From assembly GCA_958295785.1 (NCBI GenBank), contig OY282377.1:2880385-2944384 (forward strand): a DNA stretch of 64,000 nucleotides. The letters are read 5' to 3'. The stretch comes from an uncultured Latescibacterota bacterium (lineage in GTDB: Bacteria; Latescibacterota; UBA2968). The notes under the pieces were generated by a model, which worked only from the letters and a program-made list of their open reading frames with translations, was not told the origin of the DNA and did no database searches. A program made the translations under genes and the position numbers. Every line of letters starts with the position of its first letter. Within the stretch, counting starts at the first letter, position 1. Positions 28,411-37,909 of the stretch are shown here, piece after piece.

Positions 28411-31400
28411 TCAGAGACTGTGACGCTTATCCAGCAATATCTTTCTCAGTCGGTCAAAGGTGGAAGATCCGATGCCTGTGACCTGTTTGAGTTCGTCAAG
28501 TTGTTGAAATGGCCCGTGCTGTTTGCGGTAGGCCACGATGTTCGCCGCGATTTGAGGGGAAATGTCGAGTCGCTCCTCAAGGTTTTTTGCGGTTGCGCTA
28601 TTGAGGTATTGTAATTGTTCAGCACCCAAACCCCATATTCTGGCAAACAAGGAACCCACCAACCCAGGCACTGTCGGCTTTTCAGGCTGTTCAGCGTCGG
28701 TCGGGCTGTATTCCCCACGCAGAACATTCTGCAATCTCTGTCTCAGTAGCAGTAGGTCTCCGATGCCTTTGACCCGTCTGAGTTCGTCAAATTTTTGGAA
28801 TGGTCCGTTCTGCGTGCGGTAGGCCACAATTTTCGCCGCAATTTGAGGGGAAATAACGAGTCGCTCCTCAAGGTTTTTTGCGGTTGCGCTATTGATATAT
28901 CGCAAGACAATCTGTTCGGTCGGGCTGTATTCCCCACGCAGAACATTCCGCAATCTCTGTCTCAGTCGGTCAAAGGTGTAGGATCCGATGCCTCTGACCC
29001 GTTTGAGTTTGTCAAGTTGTTGAAATGGCCCGTGCTGTTTGCGGTAGGCCACAATTTTCGTCGCGATTTGAGGGGAAATGTCGAATCGCTCCTCAAGGTT
29101 TTTTGCGGTTTCACTATTGATATATCGCAAGGCAGTCTGTTCAAATTGTTCCGCGTCGGTCGGGATGTATTTCCCACCTTTGATAGAGCCTTGCCGTTTC
29201 ACTGTTGATCTGCTTGGCGGCGGCGACCCTTGTTCGGACTTTGGGGCAGGGGCAGATGGCGGACGGGTCACTCCTTTGCTACTCTGCGGTCGCAATGACC
29301 AAAAAACTTCATCAACCGCTTTGAGCATGTCTTTTTTGATTTCCTCCATCTTGCCCTTGATTGAGGTAAAATCCTTTTCTTGAGACTTTTTGATATTGTC
29401 AATTTTTTCTGATAGGGCATCCATTTCATCAGGATCGAGCTTGCTATTCTCAAGTACGTTTATATGATGACCGAGATCGTTGAGTCCTTTTCTCAGCAAC
29501 TTAGCGGTATTCTCGTCTTTGCGAATCGCATTCTCGTACATTGCAAAAACGCTTTTAATTTCCCCTTTCAATTCAGCCTCCAAATCGCCTTTCGGCTGGT
29601 TTTCGCTACGGAAAAAGTCATGCAAAGACACCCCATCCTCATCAAATAAGTATTCCTTATGGTGACGGGCACTGTACGCGCTGATACCCACAGGCTCAAT
29701 ACCCTCGTCCTCAAGCGTTTCCTTTACCTCATCCAAAATATCTTCCAACTCGCTTTCGGGCTTGAGATCCGCCTTGTTCAAAACCACATAAAATGGTAAT
29801 CCGTTCAGTTCCATACCTTTTATGAAATCCAGATCGCTCTGTGGGATGGTGCCGGTGGCGTCCAATCCAATCATCCAGATCAGGGCATCTCTGTCTTTTA
29901 GAACCTCGGCGGCGGTTTTCTTGTCCTGGTCGGTATTTCCCCCGGCCGGGTTGTAGCCCGGCGTGTCGATCAGGCAGATATGTTCCAAGCCCTTCATTAA
30001 AGGAACTTCCACAGTAATAGAAGGCATGAGGTCTTTGAGTTCAAAGGGAAATGTATCGACAAAATTGTGGGACAGTTGGCGGTAAAATGCCGGTGCGATA
30101 TCCACTGTGCCCCCATCACGGGAGAATCCCTTGATAGAGACCTCGGTATTGGAAATCACGAAAGAAGGGATAACGGTGGCGGGTTCGACTTTAACGGGCA
30201 TTTTCACGTCGGACTTGGTGATAAAGCTATTGACAAACTCGGACTTGCCGCTGCTGAAGCCCCCACCAATGGCGATGGATTTCTTGGTGAACGTATGGGG
30301 GAAAGCCACGAGCTCTTCCAAGCGTTTCTCGAGACTTTGCAATTTTTCCACGGCGGCAGCCTCCTCGGCCAGCGAGGACTCCTCATTGGCAAAGGCCATA
30401 AACCGCCCTTCGAAGAGTTCCTTAAATCTCTCGAATGCTTCATTTTCAGAACGTTTGGCGTTAAGCAGGTTGGAGACCAGTTCGTATTTCTGATCCAAAC
30501 TATCGTGCTTCTCGCTCAACTTATCGAAGTCTTGACGAGTTGCATCTAAATCGGATTTTGTGCGGGCATGTTCTTCACGCGACTCGGTCAAGGCTGTCTG
30601 TGTCTGATCGTGCTCGCCGCGCAACGCATTGAACTCAGCCGTTTTTGTAGCATGATTCTCGCGCTCCTCGTCCAAGGCCCTCGTCGTCTGATCGTGTTCC
30701 TCCAGCCACGCATTGAACTCAGCCGTTTTCGTAGCATGATTCTCGCGCTCCTCGTCCAAGGCCCTCGTCGTCTGGTCGTGTTCTTCCTGCAACTCATCGT
30801 ATTCTCGACGCACTTTGGGCCAATCTGTCTGCTTGTATTCCTCGTGCAACGCATTGTATTTTTTCTGTTCATCGCGCAAATCCGCCTTTGTTTGCTCGTG
30901 TTCTGTACGCGCCCCGTCCAAGGCGGTCGTCGTGCGCTCCAATTCCACTGTTGTCCGCTCGTGTTTTGCATGCCACTCATGGAGGTCATGCTGTGCCTTG
31001 TCTAAGGCGACTGCTACGCGCTCGTGTTCCGCACGCAGTTCGTCCAAGGCCCCGGTTGTGCGATTCAACGCCGTCGTTATCTGTTCGTGTTCTGCTTGCA
31101 ACTGCTCAACGCGATGCCGCGCCTCATCTAAATCGGCTGTTGTCTGATCATTCTTTTCCGTCAAGGCACCGTACTCTGTTTGCAACTGCTGAAAACGATG
31201 CCGCGATTTGTCTAAGGAGACCTTTGTTTGCTCGTGTTCCGCACGCGCCCCGTCCAAGGCCCCGGTTGTGCGATTCAACGCTGTTTTTGTCTGTTCGTTC
31301 TTTGCTTGCAACTGCTGAACGCGATGCCGCGCCTCATCTAAATCGGCTGTTGTCTGATCATTCTTTTCCGTCAGGGCACCGTACTCTGTTTGCAACTGCT

Positions 31401-31977
31401 GAAAACGATGCCGCGATTTGTCTAAGGAGACTGTTACGCGCTCGTGTTCCGCACGCAGTTCGTCCAAGGCCCCGGTTGTGCGATTCAACGCCGTCGTTAT
31501 CTGTTCGTGTTCTGCTTGCAACTGCTCAACGCGATGCCGCGCCTCATCTAAATCGGCTGTTGTCTGATCATTCTTTTCTGTCAGGGCACCGTACTCTGTT
31601 TGCAACTGCTGAAAACGATGCCGCGATTTGTCTAAAGAGACCTTTGTTTGCTCGTGTTCTGCACGCAGTTCGTCCAAGGCCCCGGTTGTGCGATTCAACG
31701 CTGTTTTTGTCTGTTCGTTCTTTGCTTGCAACTGCTGAAAGTTCTGCCGCACATTTGCCAAATTTTTGGTTGTTCGCTCGTATTCTCCACGCAACCGCTC
31801 GTGATCCTTTTCCAGTTTGTTGAGGGTGTGTTGCACCTCATTCAATTTGGCAGTTGTCCCTTCCTGTTTGTGCCGCGCCTCGTCCAAGTCGGCGGTTGCC
31901 CGCTCGTATGTTGCACGCAACTTCTGATAGACTGGCCGATTTTGAATAAATCTTTCCCAGATAGATTTCAGACTCAT
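28411..31977 (-). CDS. Dynamin-like GTPase with an N-terminal tandem-repeat coiled coil and three C-terminal ComEA-type helix-hairpin-helix domains
   Basis: G1 GGGFSSGKS, G3 DTPG and G4 NKAD; three copies of INSATAKNLE...IVAYR..HGPFQQLD.L..V.GIG. Confidence 0.9.
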   Translation of the reverse strand: MSLKSIWERFIQNRPVYQKLRATYERATADLDEARHKQEGTTAKLNEVQHTLNKLEKDHERLRGEYERTTKNLANVRQNFQQLQAKNEQTKTALNRTTGALDELRAEHEQTKVSLDKSRHRFQQLQTEYGALTEKNDQTTADLDEARHRVEQLQAEHEQITTALNRTTGALDELRAEHERVTVSLDKSRHRFQQLQTEYGALTEKNDQTTADLDEARHRVQQLQAKNEQTKTALNRTTGALDGARAEHEQTKVSLDKSRHRFQQLQTEYGALTEKNDQTTADLDEARHRVEQLQAEHEQITTALNRTTGALDELRAEHERVAVALDKAQHDLHEWHAKHERTTVELERTTTALDGARTEHEQTKADLRDEQKKYNALHEEYKQTDWPKVRREYDELQEEHDQTTRALDEERENHATKTAEFNAWLEEHDQTTRALDEERENHATKTAEFNALRGEHDQTQTALTESREEHARTKSDLDATRQDFDKLSEKHDSLDQKYELVSNLLNAKRSENEAFERFKELFEGRFMAFANEESSLAEEAAAVEKLQSLEKRLEELVAFPHTFTKKSIAIGGGFSSGKSEFVNSFITKSDVKMPVKVEPATVIPSFVISNTEVSIKGFSRDGGTVDIAPAFYRQLSHNFVDTFPFELKDLMPSITVEVPLMKGLEHICLIDTPGYNPAGGNTDQDKKTAAEVLKDRDALIWMIGLDATGTIPQSDLDFIKGMELNGLPFYVVLNKADLKPESELEDILDEVKETLEDEGIEPVGISAYSARHHKEYLFDEDGVSLHDFFRSENQPKGDLEAELKGEIKSVFAMYENAIRKDENTAKLLRKGLNDLGHHINVLENSKLDPDEMDALSEKIDNIKKSQEKDFTSIKGKMEEIKKDMLKAVDEVFWSLRPQSSKGVTRPPSAPAPKSEQGSPPPSRSTVKRQGSIKGGKYIPTDAEQFEQTALRYINSETAKNLEERFDISPQIATKIVAYRKQHGPFQQLDKLKRVRGIGSYTFDRLRQRLRNVLRGEYSPTEQIVLRYINSATAKNLEERLVISPQIAAKIVAYRTQNGPFQKFDELRRVKGIGDLLLLRQRLQNVLRGEYSPTDAEQPEKPTVPGLVGSLFARIWGLGAEQLQYLNSATAKNLEERLDISPQIAANIVAYRKQHGPFQQLDELKQVTGIGSSTFDRLRKILLDKRHSL
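28440..29135 (-). repeat. Three HhH (ComEA-like) domain repeats, near-identical at DNA level
   Basis: Blocks such as CGCTCCTCAAGGTTTTTTGCGGTT recur at ~28571, ~28862 and ~29087. Confidence 0.93.
30625..31741 (-). repeat. Coding tandem repeats: ~3.5 x 210-bp (70-aa) units with a 420-bp higher-order period, plus 2 x 84-bp (28-aa) units
   Basis: The sequence lines at 31261/31681 and 31021/31441 match; EEHDQTTRALDEERENHATKTAEFNA occurs twice. Confidence 0.95.
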
Positions 31978-34175
31978 GGGTTCACCTCCATTTTTTTCAA
32001 TTCACCCTTGAGGCGGCTGATTCGCCTCAATTCCATTTCTTTCTTTTCAATGGATTCCTCAAGCGTGGTAAGTTCCTTTTCGATTTTTTTCAGAAGTTGA
32101 TCATCCAACCGAACTTCTTTCATCCTTGCGGCGAGAACTTTGGGGTACTCGTTTGCCTTTCTAGACAATTCACGGGAGAGATTGTCAAGGTAATTTTTCG
32201 CCTTATCAATAAATTCCTCCGCCGCATCATCCTCCAACACGCCTTGGGGTTTCAGGGAATCCGGCATTCGGCTTTTATACTCAAATTTTGGGATGGATAT
32301 GGAACTAATGGCGTCCCTGATTACCCGTCTGATCATCGAGGCTTCCAAACTCTCATCGCCAAAGTTGTCCCGCAAAATTTTGGCCATATCCCTGATGAGG
32401 TCGGTCCGCCAATCTCCCTTTTTGTCCTCTACTGTTTTGGTTATTGAATACACTAATTCTTCAGAAAACTTCGACAAGCTATGAGAAACAGCACCTGTGC
32501 GTATGGTAGGATAAGATACTTCCCTTTTAAATAGCCAGAAAAATCCCCATCTTTCTGTACGCATTCTCATTTCTTTCCCTTGATCTATATCCGATTCTGT
32601 ACTCTTTTTTTCGCCTTCGATTTTTCTCCGAAATTCCTCCGCCAAAGAGCGGCTGAGATTATCGACCGATTCCTCGTAACCCCACTTGATATCCGCTGAA
32701 GCATTGTAGAGGGCCTTTTCCAAGGCTTCGCGCTGTGCCTTAATTTTTTCAATATCCGTGCCCTCAATTTCGGACTGCCGCTCGTCGGCAAACGCGAGCA
32801 AGCCATCCTTCAAGGCACGCAAAGACTGGCGTTTTGCGTCAACATACTTCGTCTGCCTTTTTTGGATGATGTCGTCCTTTTTCGCGCGCACCTTCGCGAC
32901 AATATTTTGGATGGCCGAGATGTTGGACAACTTGTTCAAACTGATGCGCGACAAGTTCTCGTCCGCATCGGAAAAATAGTCTGGATAACCGGCTAGCAGA
33001 CTACCCCAAGCGTGCCGCATCCCCTCGTCCCACTCGCCCCGTTGCCCAAAGAGTTGCTTCAGACTTTCGCACATTCCCGACGAGTAAATGATCTTGCTTT
33101 GGCCTTCGAGCAACTGATCGTAGGTATTTCCCACCTCGGGATTGCTCTCTTTCAAATTTGTGATCACCTTGTTCAATTGGTCTCCAAGCACCCCGGTGAG
33201 ACTGTCCAGCACGCGATCCAACTGCCCGTCGTTCTCATCCTTCAGATGACCGAAAAGCTGGGTATCCGCCTGGGCCGCCACGACAAACAGTTCATGGATG
33301 CCTTCCTTGCTGGTGATTCGATCCATCAGTTCCAAATCCACATCATTCAAAAACTGCCCCGACGGGCTGAGGATCAACACCACATCGCATTGATTCAAGT
33401 GCTCTTGCGTCCGCGCCTCGCGGGACTGAACCGGATCGTTGAGGCCCGGCGTATCCACAATTTCTATGTCCTTCAGCTTCTCTTGGGAAAGCCGGAGGTT
33501 GACGCTCTTGGTAAAGGGCATGTATTTGCCCTTCGCGCCGACGTAATCATCCAACTTGTCGCCTAAGTCAGAAATACGGTCAAACTTGAGAAGGCGTTTT
33601 TCTTCCAAAGTCCTGATGGACAACCTGGTAGCATCCATTTTGGTGTATTGCTCATGTGCTGCCGAGAGTTCGACTTTCGCCCGCATCTCCCGATAGGCTT
33701 TGCTTTTTGCCAATTCCTCCGGGGATTTTCGGGATCGGGTTTGTCTCTGTCTTCCTTGTGCCAAGAATTTCCTGTATAGATCATCCCGTTGCCTGTTGTA
33801 CTCTTCGTACTGGGCCTTGATATTCTCAAAGTCCTCTTGGGTGAAAAATTCCACTTCTGCCGACGGGGTATCCCCATGCGAAAGCGTGGTCAAGGCCGCG
33901 GTCATCGGGGTGGCCGCCTTGGGGAGAATGCTTTGCCCGTCAAAGAGGAGGGCGTTCAGCAACGAGGATTTTCCGGATTTGACCCGCCCCACAATGCCGA
34001 TTTTCAGCAACCGGCCTTCATCGGCAATGGCCGCCAAATCCGCTTGCAAGTTCTTGCCCGTGGGAATGCTGTATTCCCGGCAGAGGCGTTGGGCCTCATC
34101 CCCGAGAAAGTCGTGGTAACGGCCCATGACTCGTTCCAACTCTTCCCTGAAAGTGACAATTCCGTTCTGGTTCAT
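31974..34175 (-). CDS. Dynamin-like GTPase (LeoBC/CrfC-like)
   Basis: G1 GRVKSGKS, AATPMTA, DTPGLNDP and atypical G4 AQAD; ATGA overlaps on both sides. Confidence 0.88.
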   Translation of the reverse strand: MNQNGIVTFREELERVMGRYHDFLGDEAQRLCREYSIPTGKNLQADLAAIADEGRLLKIGIVGRVKSGKSSLLNALLFDGQSILPKAATPMTAALTTLSHGDTPSAEVEFFTQEDFENIKAQYEEYNRQRDDLYRKFLAQGRQRQTRSRKSPEELAKSKAYREMRAKVELSAAHEQYTKMDATRLSIRTLEEKRLLKFDRISDLGDKLDDYVGAKGKYMPFTKSVNLRLSQEKLKDIEIVDTPGLNDPVQSREARTQEHLNQCDVVLILSPSGQFLNDVDLELMDRITSKEGIHELFVVAAQADTQLFGHLKDENDGQLDRVLDSLTGVLGDQLNKVITNLKESNPEVGNTYDQLLEGQSKIIYSSGMCESLKQLFGQRGEWDEGMRHAWGSLLAGYPDYFSDADENLSRISLNKLSNISAIQNIVAKVRAKKDDIIQKRQTKYVDAKRQSLRALKDGLLAFADERQSEIEGTDIEKIKAQREALEKALYNASADIKWGYEESVDNLSRSLAEEFRRKIEGEKKSTESDIDQGKEMRMRTERWGFFWLFKREVSYPTIRTGAVSHSLSKFSEELVYSITKTVEDKKGDWRTDLIRDMAKILRDNFGDESLEASMIRRVIRDAISSISIPKFEYKSRMPDSLKPQGVLEDDAAEEFIDKAKNYLDNLSRELSRKANEYPKVLAARMKEVRLDDQLLKKIEKELTTLEESIEKKEMELRRISRLKGELKKMEVNP

Positions 34176-35902
34176 GTTCGTTCTCCTTGTTGTGCAAAAA
34201 GCACCGGCGTTGCCAGCAACCGGATGTTCTCTCGAATGCTGGTCAGATCCGCAATCGTTTGCCCAATGTCCTGAAGCGCGTCCTTCTTGGCCTGCTCGGC
34301 TTCGGCGATTTCGCTTTGTTTGGCCTTGATCTGCGAATCCAAAGCCACCGCGTTCTCATTGATGAGGCCGTTCACTTGATCCTCGAAATCTTTGGGCAGT
34401 TCGCTCCGCAGTTTGCTTTTGATGGACGGGATAACGGTTCCAATCAGTTGGTTGCGAATCTGCTCCTCCTGCCGCCGCTTTTGAAAGTAGCCAATAATGT
34501 CGGGCAGGAAGATGATGAAGAGTTCCAAAATTGGCATCACAAAACTGGTGGTAATGGCGAGCGTGGTGGTGAGAACGCGGTACAAATTCCGTCCGCCTTT
34601 GACTGCACCGCCAACCCCTTTGAGAATCGCACTTCCCTCAGAAAGAAGTTGTGGGGCACTGTACATTGCTTTTTCCAACCAATTTTCATTGCTCGTATAA
34701 GAGGAAAGAATGTGGTCAATGCCTTTGACGCTTCTGGACAGGTCTTCGACGATCTGTCTGTTCAACTGCTCCATTTCGGTTTTCACATGGCTCACGAGCG
34801 AAGAGCGCAGGATTTCCGACATGTGCCGCTGAAAAGCATCTTCGCCGCTGGACAGGGCGATGCCGGTCAATTCCTCTACGGCATTGTTCAGGTCCGCGCC
34901 CACGCGCTCCACAATGTCGTTGGCACGGGTCGTGGAATACCGCGAGCGGACGTCCCGAATCATAGCGTCCTTCTTTTGTTCCAAGTCTCGAATGCCCGCG
35001 GCGAGTTCGTCAATGGCCTCTTGGTTCTCGCTCTCGTCCTTTTTCAAGGAACTGATCCATGTGTTCAAGCTGCCGTCGATATCGAAGAAATGCCCCTCCA
35101 AGCTGGGGCGATAAAGCCGGGTGAAAAGCTCCTCTGGGTCAATGGCTCGAAACATTCTGTCCAGACTATCCCCGCCATCCTTGCCCACGGGAACGACCGC
35201 GTCGGCAAAGTCGAAATCGTCCTCGAGCCGATCTTGGATGTTCTGTGCGATTTCTTGAACCTCGGACTCCGAGCGCAAATTCGCCTTGCTCAAAAACACG
35301 GAAAACGGCTTGTCGAACTCGTCAAATTCGGACAACTGCCGATGGGCTGACTGCGTGACTGTGCCCTCCTCCACGCTGATCAAGACCGCATAGTGGCTCC
35401 CTCGGGCGAGGTACGTCAAAATGGCGCGATGGTGCAAATCCAGCGGCGAATCAAACCCCGGCATATCCACGAGCACGAGGGGCGCGATTCCCTTGAGTTG
35501 TTCGCTGTTGAGAAAGACCTCGACATATTGGTATTGCGCCGCCTTCTCTTTGATCGCGCCGATCTCCGCGATGGCGTAGCGATCCGACTCGCCATTTTTC
35601 ATGATGGCCTCAACGCGCTCGCTGTCGGAATAGCGCAACTCGGTTGCCAACGCGGTTTCCGGGGTGATGTTGACGGGCAAGTAATCGGACCCCAAAAACG
35701 AGTTGATCAACGTGCTTTTGCCCGAGCTGAAAGCCCCGACGACCGGCACGACCAACTCGGCCTCGGCAATATCCCGCTTCAACTCCTCTGCGGACTGGAT
35801 GTTTTTCCCAAGTTCTTCAAACACCCCCAAAGCACTCGTCCTATCCAATTCCGCCTTTATCCCATCCAAATAATCGCAAAACGCGCTCTGCGTCTGAAGC
35901 AT
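34172..35902 (-). CDS. Dynamin-like GTPase (LeoA-like)
   Basis: G1 GAFSSGKS, ITPETALATEL, DMPGFDS and SKAN; hydrophobic paddle TTTLAITTSFVMPILELFIIFLP; RBS GGAGGG before ATG 35902. Confidence 0.88.
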   Translation of the reverse strand: MLQTQSAFCDYLDGIKAELDRTSALGVFEELGKNIQSAEELKRDIAEAELVVPVVGAFSSGKSTLINSFLGSDYLPVNITPETALATELRYSDSERVEAIMKNGESDRYAIAEIGAIKEKAAQYQYVEVFLNSEQLKGIAPLVLVDMPGFDSPLDLHHRAILTYLARGSHYAVLISVEEGTVTQSAHRQLSEFDEFDKPFSVFLSKANLRSESEVQEIAQNIQDRLEDDFDFADAVVPVGKDGGDSLDRMFRAIDPEELFTRLYRPSLEGHFFDIDGSLNTWISSLKKDESENQEAIDELAAGIRDLEQKKDAMIRDVRSRYSTTRANDIVERVGADLNNAVEELTGIALSSGEDAFQRHMSEILRSSLVSHVKTEMEQLNRQIVEDLSRSVKGIDHILSSYTSNENWLEKAMYSAPQLLSEGSAILKGVGGAVKGGRNLYRVLTTTLAITTSFVMPILELFIIFLPDIIGYFQKRRQEEQIRNQLIGTVIPSIKSKLRSELPKDFEDQVNGLINENAVALDSQIKAKQSEIAEAEQAKKDALQDIGQTIADLTSIRENIRLLATPVLFAQQGERT

Positions 35903-35996
35903 GGCGACTCCCTCCAAAAAATGAAGCCCTCTCTGTCTCAAAAAAGGCCAATGGATCTGTCAAGTCATATTGCCAGTTCGTGAGCCTCCGATCCTT

Positions 35997-36058
35997 GATG
36001 ACCACGCGGCGAAAGGCGTCTATGGGAGGGGTATCGGTCACGGCATTGGCTTCGGTCA
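35997..36058 (-). pseudogene. 5' fragment duplicating the start of the P-loop kinase gene at 41824-42432
   Basis: TEANAVTDTPPIDAFRRVVI versus TGANSVTDTPPIDAFRRVVVI; the DNA is largely identical to 42355-42419. Confidence 0.8.
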
Positions 36059-36160
36059 CACGAAATTAAAAATCAGCTATCAGCCCCTGTCTATCTGAAA
36101 TGACGTTGCTCCAGCACATGCTTTGCCGACCGCTTGGGGCCTGGGCGGCTCTCTCGCGTC

Positions 36161-36441
36161 TTAGAAGTTGTCTTAAAACGAAAGATGACCCCTCCCCCGG
36201 CCCCTCCCCGCAACGGGGAGGGAGATGTTCTTCCACCTTGTATCTCGCCTTTTCGGGCGGGCACGGGGGCACCGCCCCTACGTTTCTATCCCGCATCTTT
36301 CTTGTAGGGAGATCTTGATTCCCCCCTTCCTTGTAGGCACAGGCGCACGCCGCAGGCATGGCGTAGCCATACCCTACAATGAGCGGAGCGAATAACGGGG
36401 GTTAGGGGGGTAGGTCCCGATAATTTTAAGATGGCTTCTTA
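36161..36441. mobile_element. Non-autonomous MITE-like element containing a REP-like repeat
   Basis: Imperfect TIR TTAGAAGTTGTCTTAAAA / TTTTAAGATGGCTTCTTA; internal modules are shared with other intergenic repeats. Confidence 0.65.
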
Positions 36442-36512
36442 TATCTTCGGGCCGGCACGGGATCACACCCCTGCGTTACTGAATGACACCGCTTCAGCAT
36501 CTACCTCGCGTT

Positions 36513-37601
36513 TCATCTGCGTTCATCTGTGATTGCTTTTTGGGGCAACGGATTTTGCCGATGGGCTTCTTCCATCACGGCGATTTGCTTTCGCACCTGC
36601 GCCGGGGTGATGAGGAGTTGGCCGTTGTTTTTGAGCGCGTCATAGACGTTGTTGTAAAATCGTTCGGGGCCGCTTTCGGGCTTGGTCTTTTCTGTTTCGA
36701 GCGTCCACGTTTCTTCGACCCAGTCGAGTTCTTCGCGGGTATATTTTCTATCTACAGACCACGTCCACATCTCGTGCTTGGGCGCTCTTTCCGGATCAAA
36801 ATAACGCCATGTGAGCGCAGTCGCGCCGCCGGTCAGGCCGCCGCAGGTGCCGTCGACCGCGTACGTGTCGCGTTGCGGATAATGCAGGTAGTTGCTGACG
36901 ACAATGTCGATTTGGGGGGCCTGCCGGTCCGGGTCGTACAATGTGAGGGTGCAGTGATCATCCGCGTCGCCCCAAAAGGGATTGTTGCAGTCCATTCGGG
37001 CAAATACGTGCGGAGTGCGGTCAAAGCCAAACAGGCAGAGGGCCTGATCAACGGCGTGAGGCCCGGTGTTGAGCAAGCCGCCGCCCCAGTTTTCCTGACG
37101 GGTTTGCCAGTCCCAACGCCGCGCAAACCGGCCCCATGAGGATCGAATATAGACAATTTTGCCCAAAACGCCCGAGTTGATAATTTTTTGCATTTTGTCA
37201 AAAAAGGGTTGCAACCGGTTGTTCTGAAACGGGGCAAAGACGCGCTGGTTGTCTTTGGCTGCGCGCACGATGCGGTCGAATTGCGCCACGGTTTTGCAGG
37301 TGGGTTTTTCGCACACGACATGGCAGCCGGCGTTGAGGGCCGCAATGCTGGCAACCGGATGCAAGGGCTGGGGCAGGGCATTGACAAAGAGGTCGAATCC
37401 CTCGACTTTGATCATTTCCTCCCAGTCCCGATAGGCTTTGGCGCCAAATTGTTCGCGGGCATCGCGCCTCCGTTCGGACAACTGATCCGAAACCGCTACG
37501 ATTTTGAATTTGTCGGGCACTTGGCGCAGCCAGTTGGCGTGAATATTATACCCACTGCGGCCCTGCCCCCCAATGGCAACGCGAATGATGTTGTCAGACA
37601 T
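36513..37601 (-). CDS. Gfo/Idh/MocA family oxidoreductase
   Basis: Motifs IGGQGRSG, HVVCEKP and GGGLLNTGPHAVDQ. Confidence 0.92.
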   Translation of the reverse strand: MSDNIIRVAIGGQGRSGYNIHANWLRQVPDKFKIVAVSDQLSERRRDAREQFGAKAYRDWEEMIKVEGFDLFVNALPQPLHPVASIAALNAGCHVVCEKPTCKTVAQFDRIVRAAKDNQRVFAPFQNNRLQPFFDKMQKIINSGVLGKIVYIRSSWGRFARRWDWQTRQENWGGGLLNTGPHAVDQALCLFGFDRTPHVFARMDCNNPFWGDADDHCTLTLYDPDRQAPQIDIVVSNYLHYPQRDTYAVDGTCGGLTGGATALTWRYFDPERAPKHEMWTWSVDRKYTREELDWVEETWTLETEKTKPESGPERFYNNVYDALKNNGQLLITPAQVRKQIAVMEEAHRQNPLPQKAITDERR

Positions 37602-37844
37602 GGACTTCCTTTCTCGGTTAAACGCCTCGTCATTTCTGTTTCGGGGCAATCTATTGCGTCTTCAAAGCCCCTGTCAACCCTTTTCTCAAAACAGAATGAC
37701 CGCGAGACGAACAGACGCACAGGCGCAGCCTGCAACAAGGGCGCGCCCGCAGATGACGCAGATGAAATGAACGCAGATAAATGCGGATGAAAAATGAGGC
37801 ATGACGTGTTTTTAGTCAGCCGTGTTATTCAGGAAGTAACCACG

Positions 37845-37872
37845 TTGACATCAAAAAAAAAGGACGTATATT
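37845..37872 (+). promoter_or_regulatory. Sigma70-like promoter with an A9 tract in the spacer
   Basis: TTGACA-N16-TATATT; A9 at 37853-37861. Confidence 0.6.
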
Positions 37873-37909
37873 TGTAAGATGTAAATTCACATGCCATTTT
37901 TGAAAGGAC

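Noticed and set aside
28411..29135. Annotating the HhH region as a separate comEA competence gene
   Set aside because: It is in frame with the GTPase, has no separate start or signal peptide, and no com genes are nearby.
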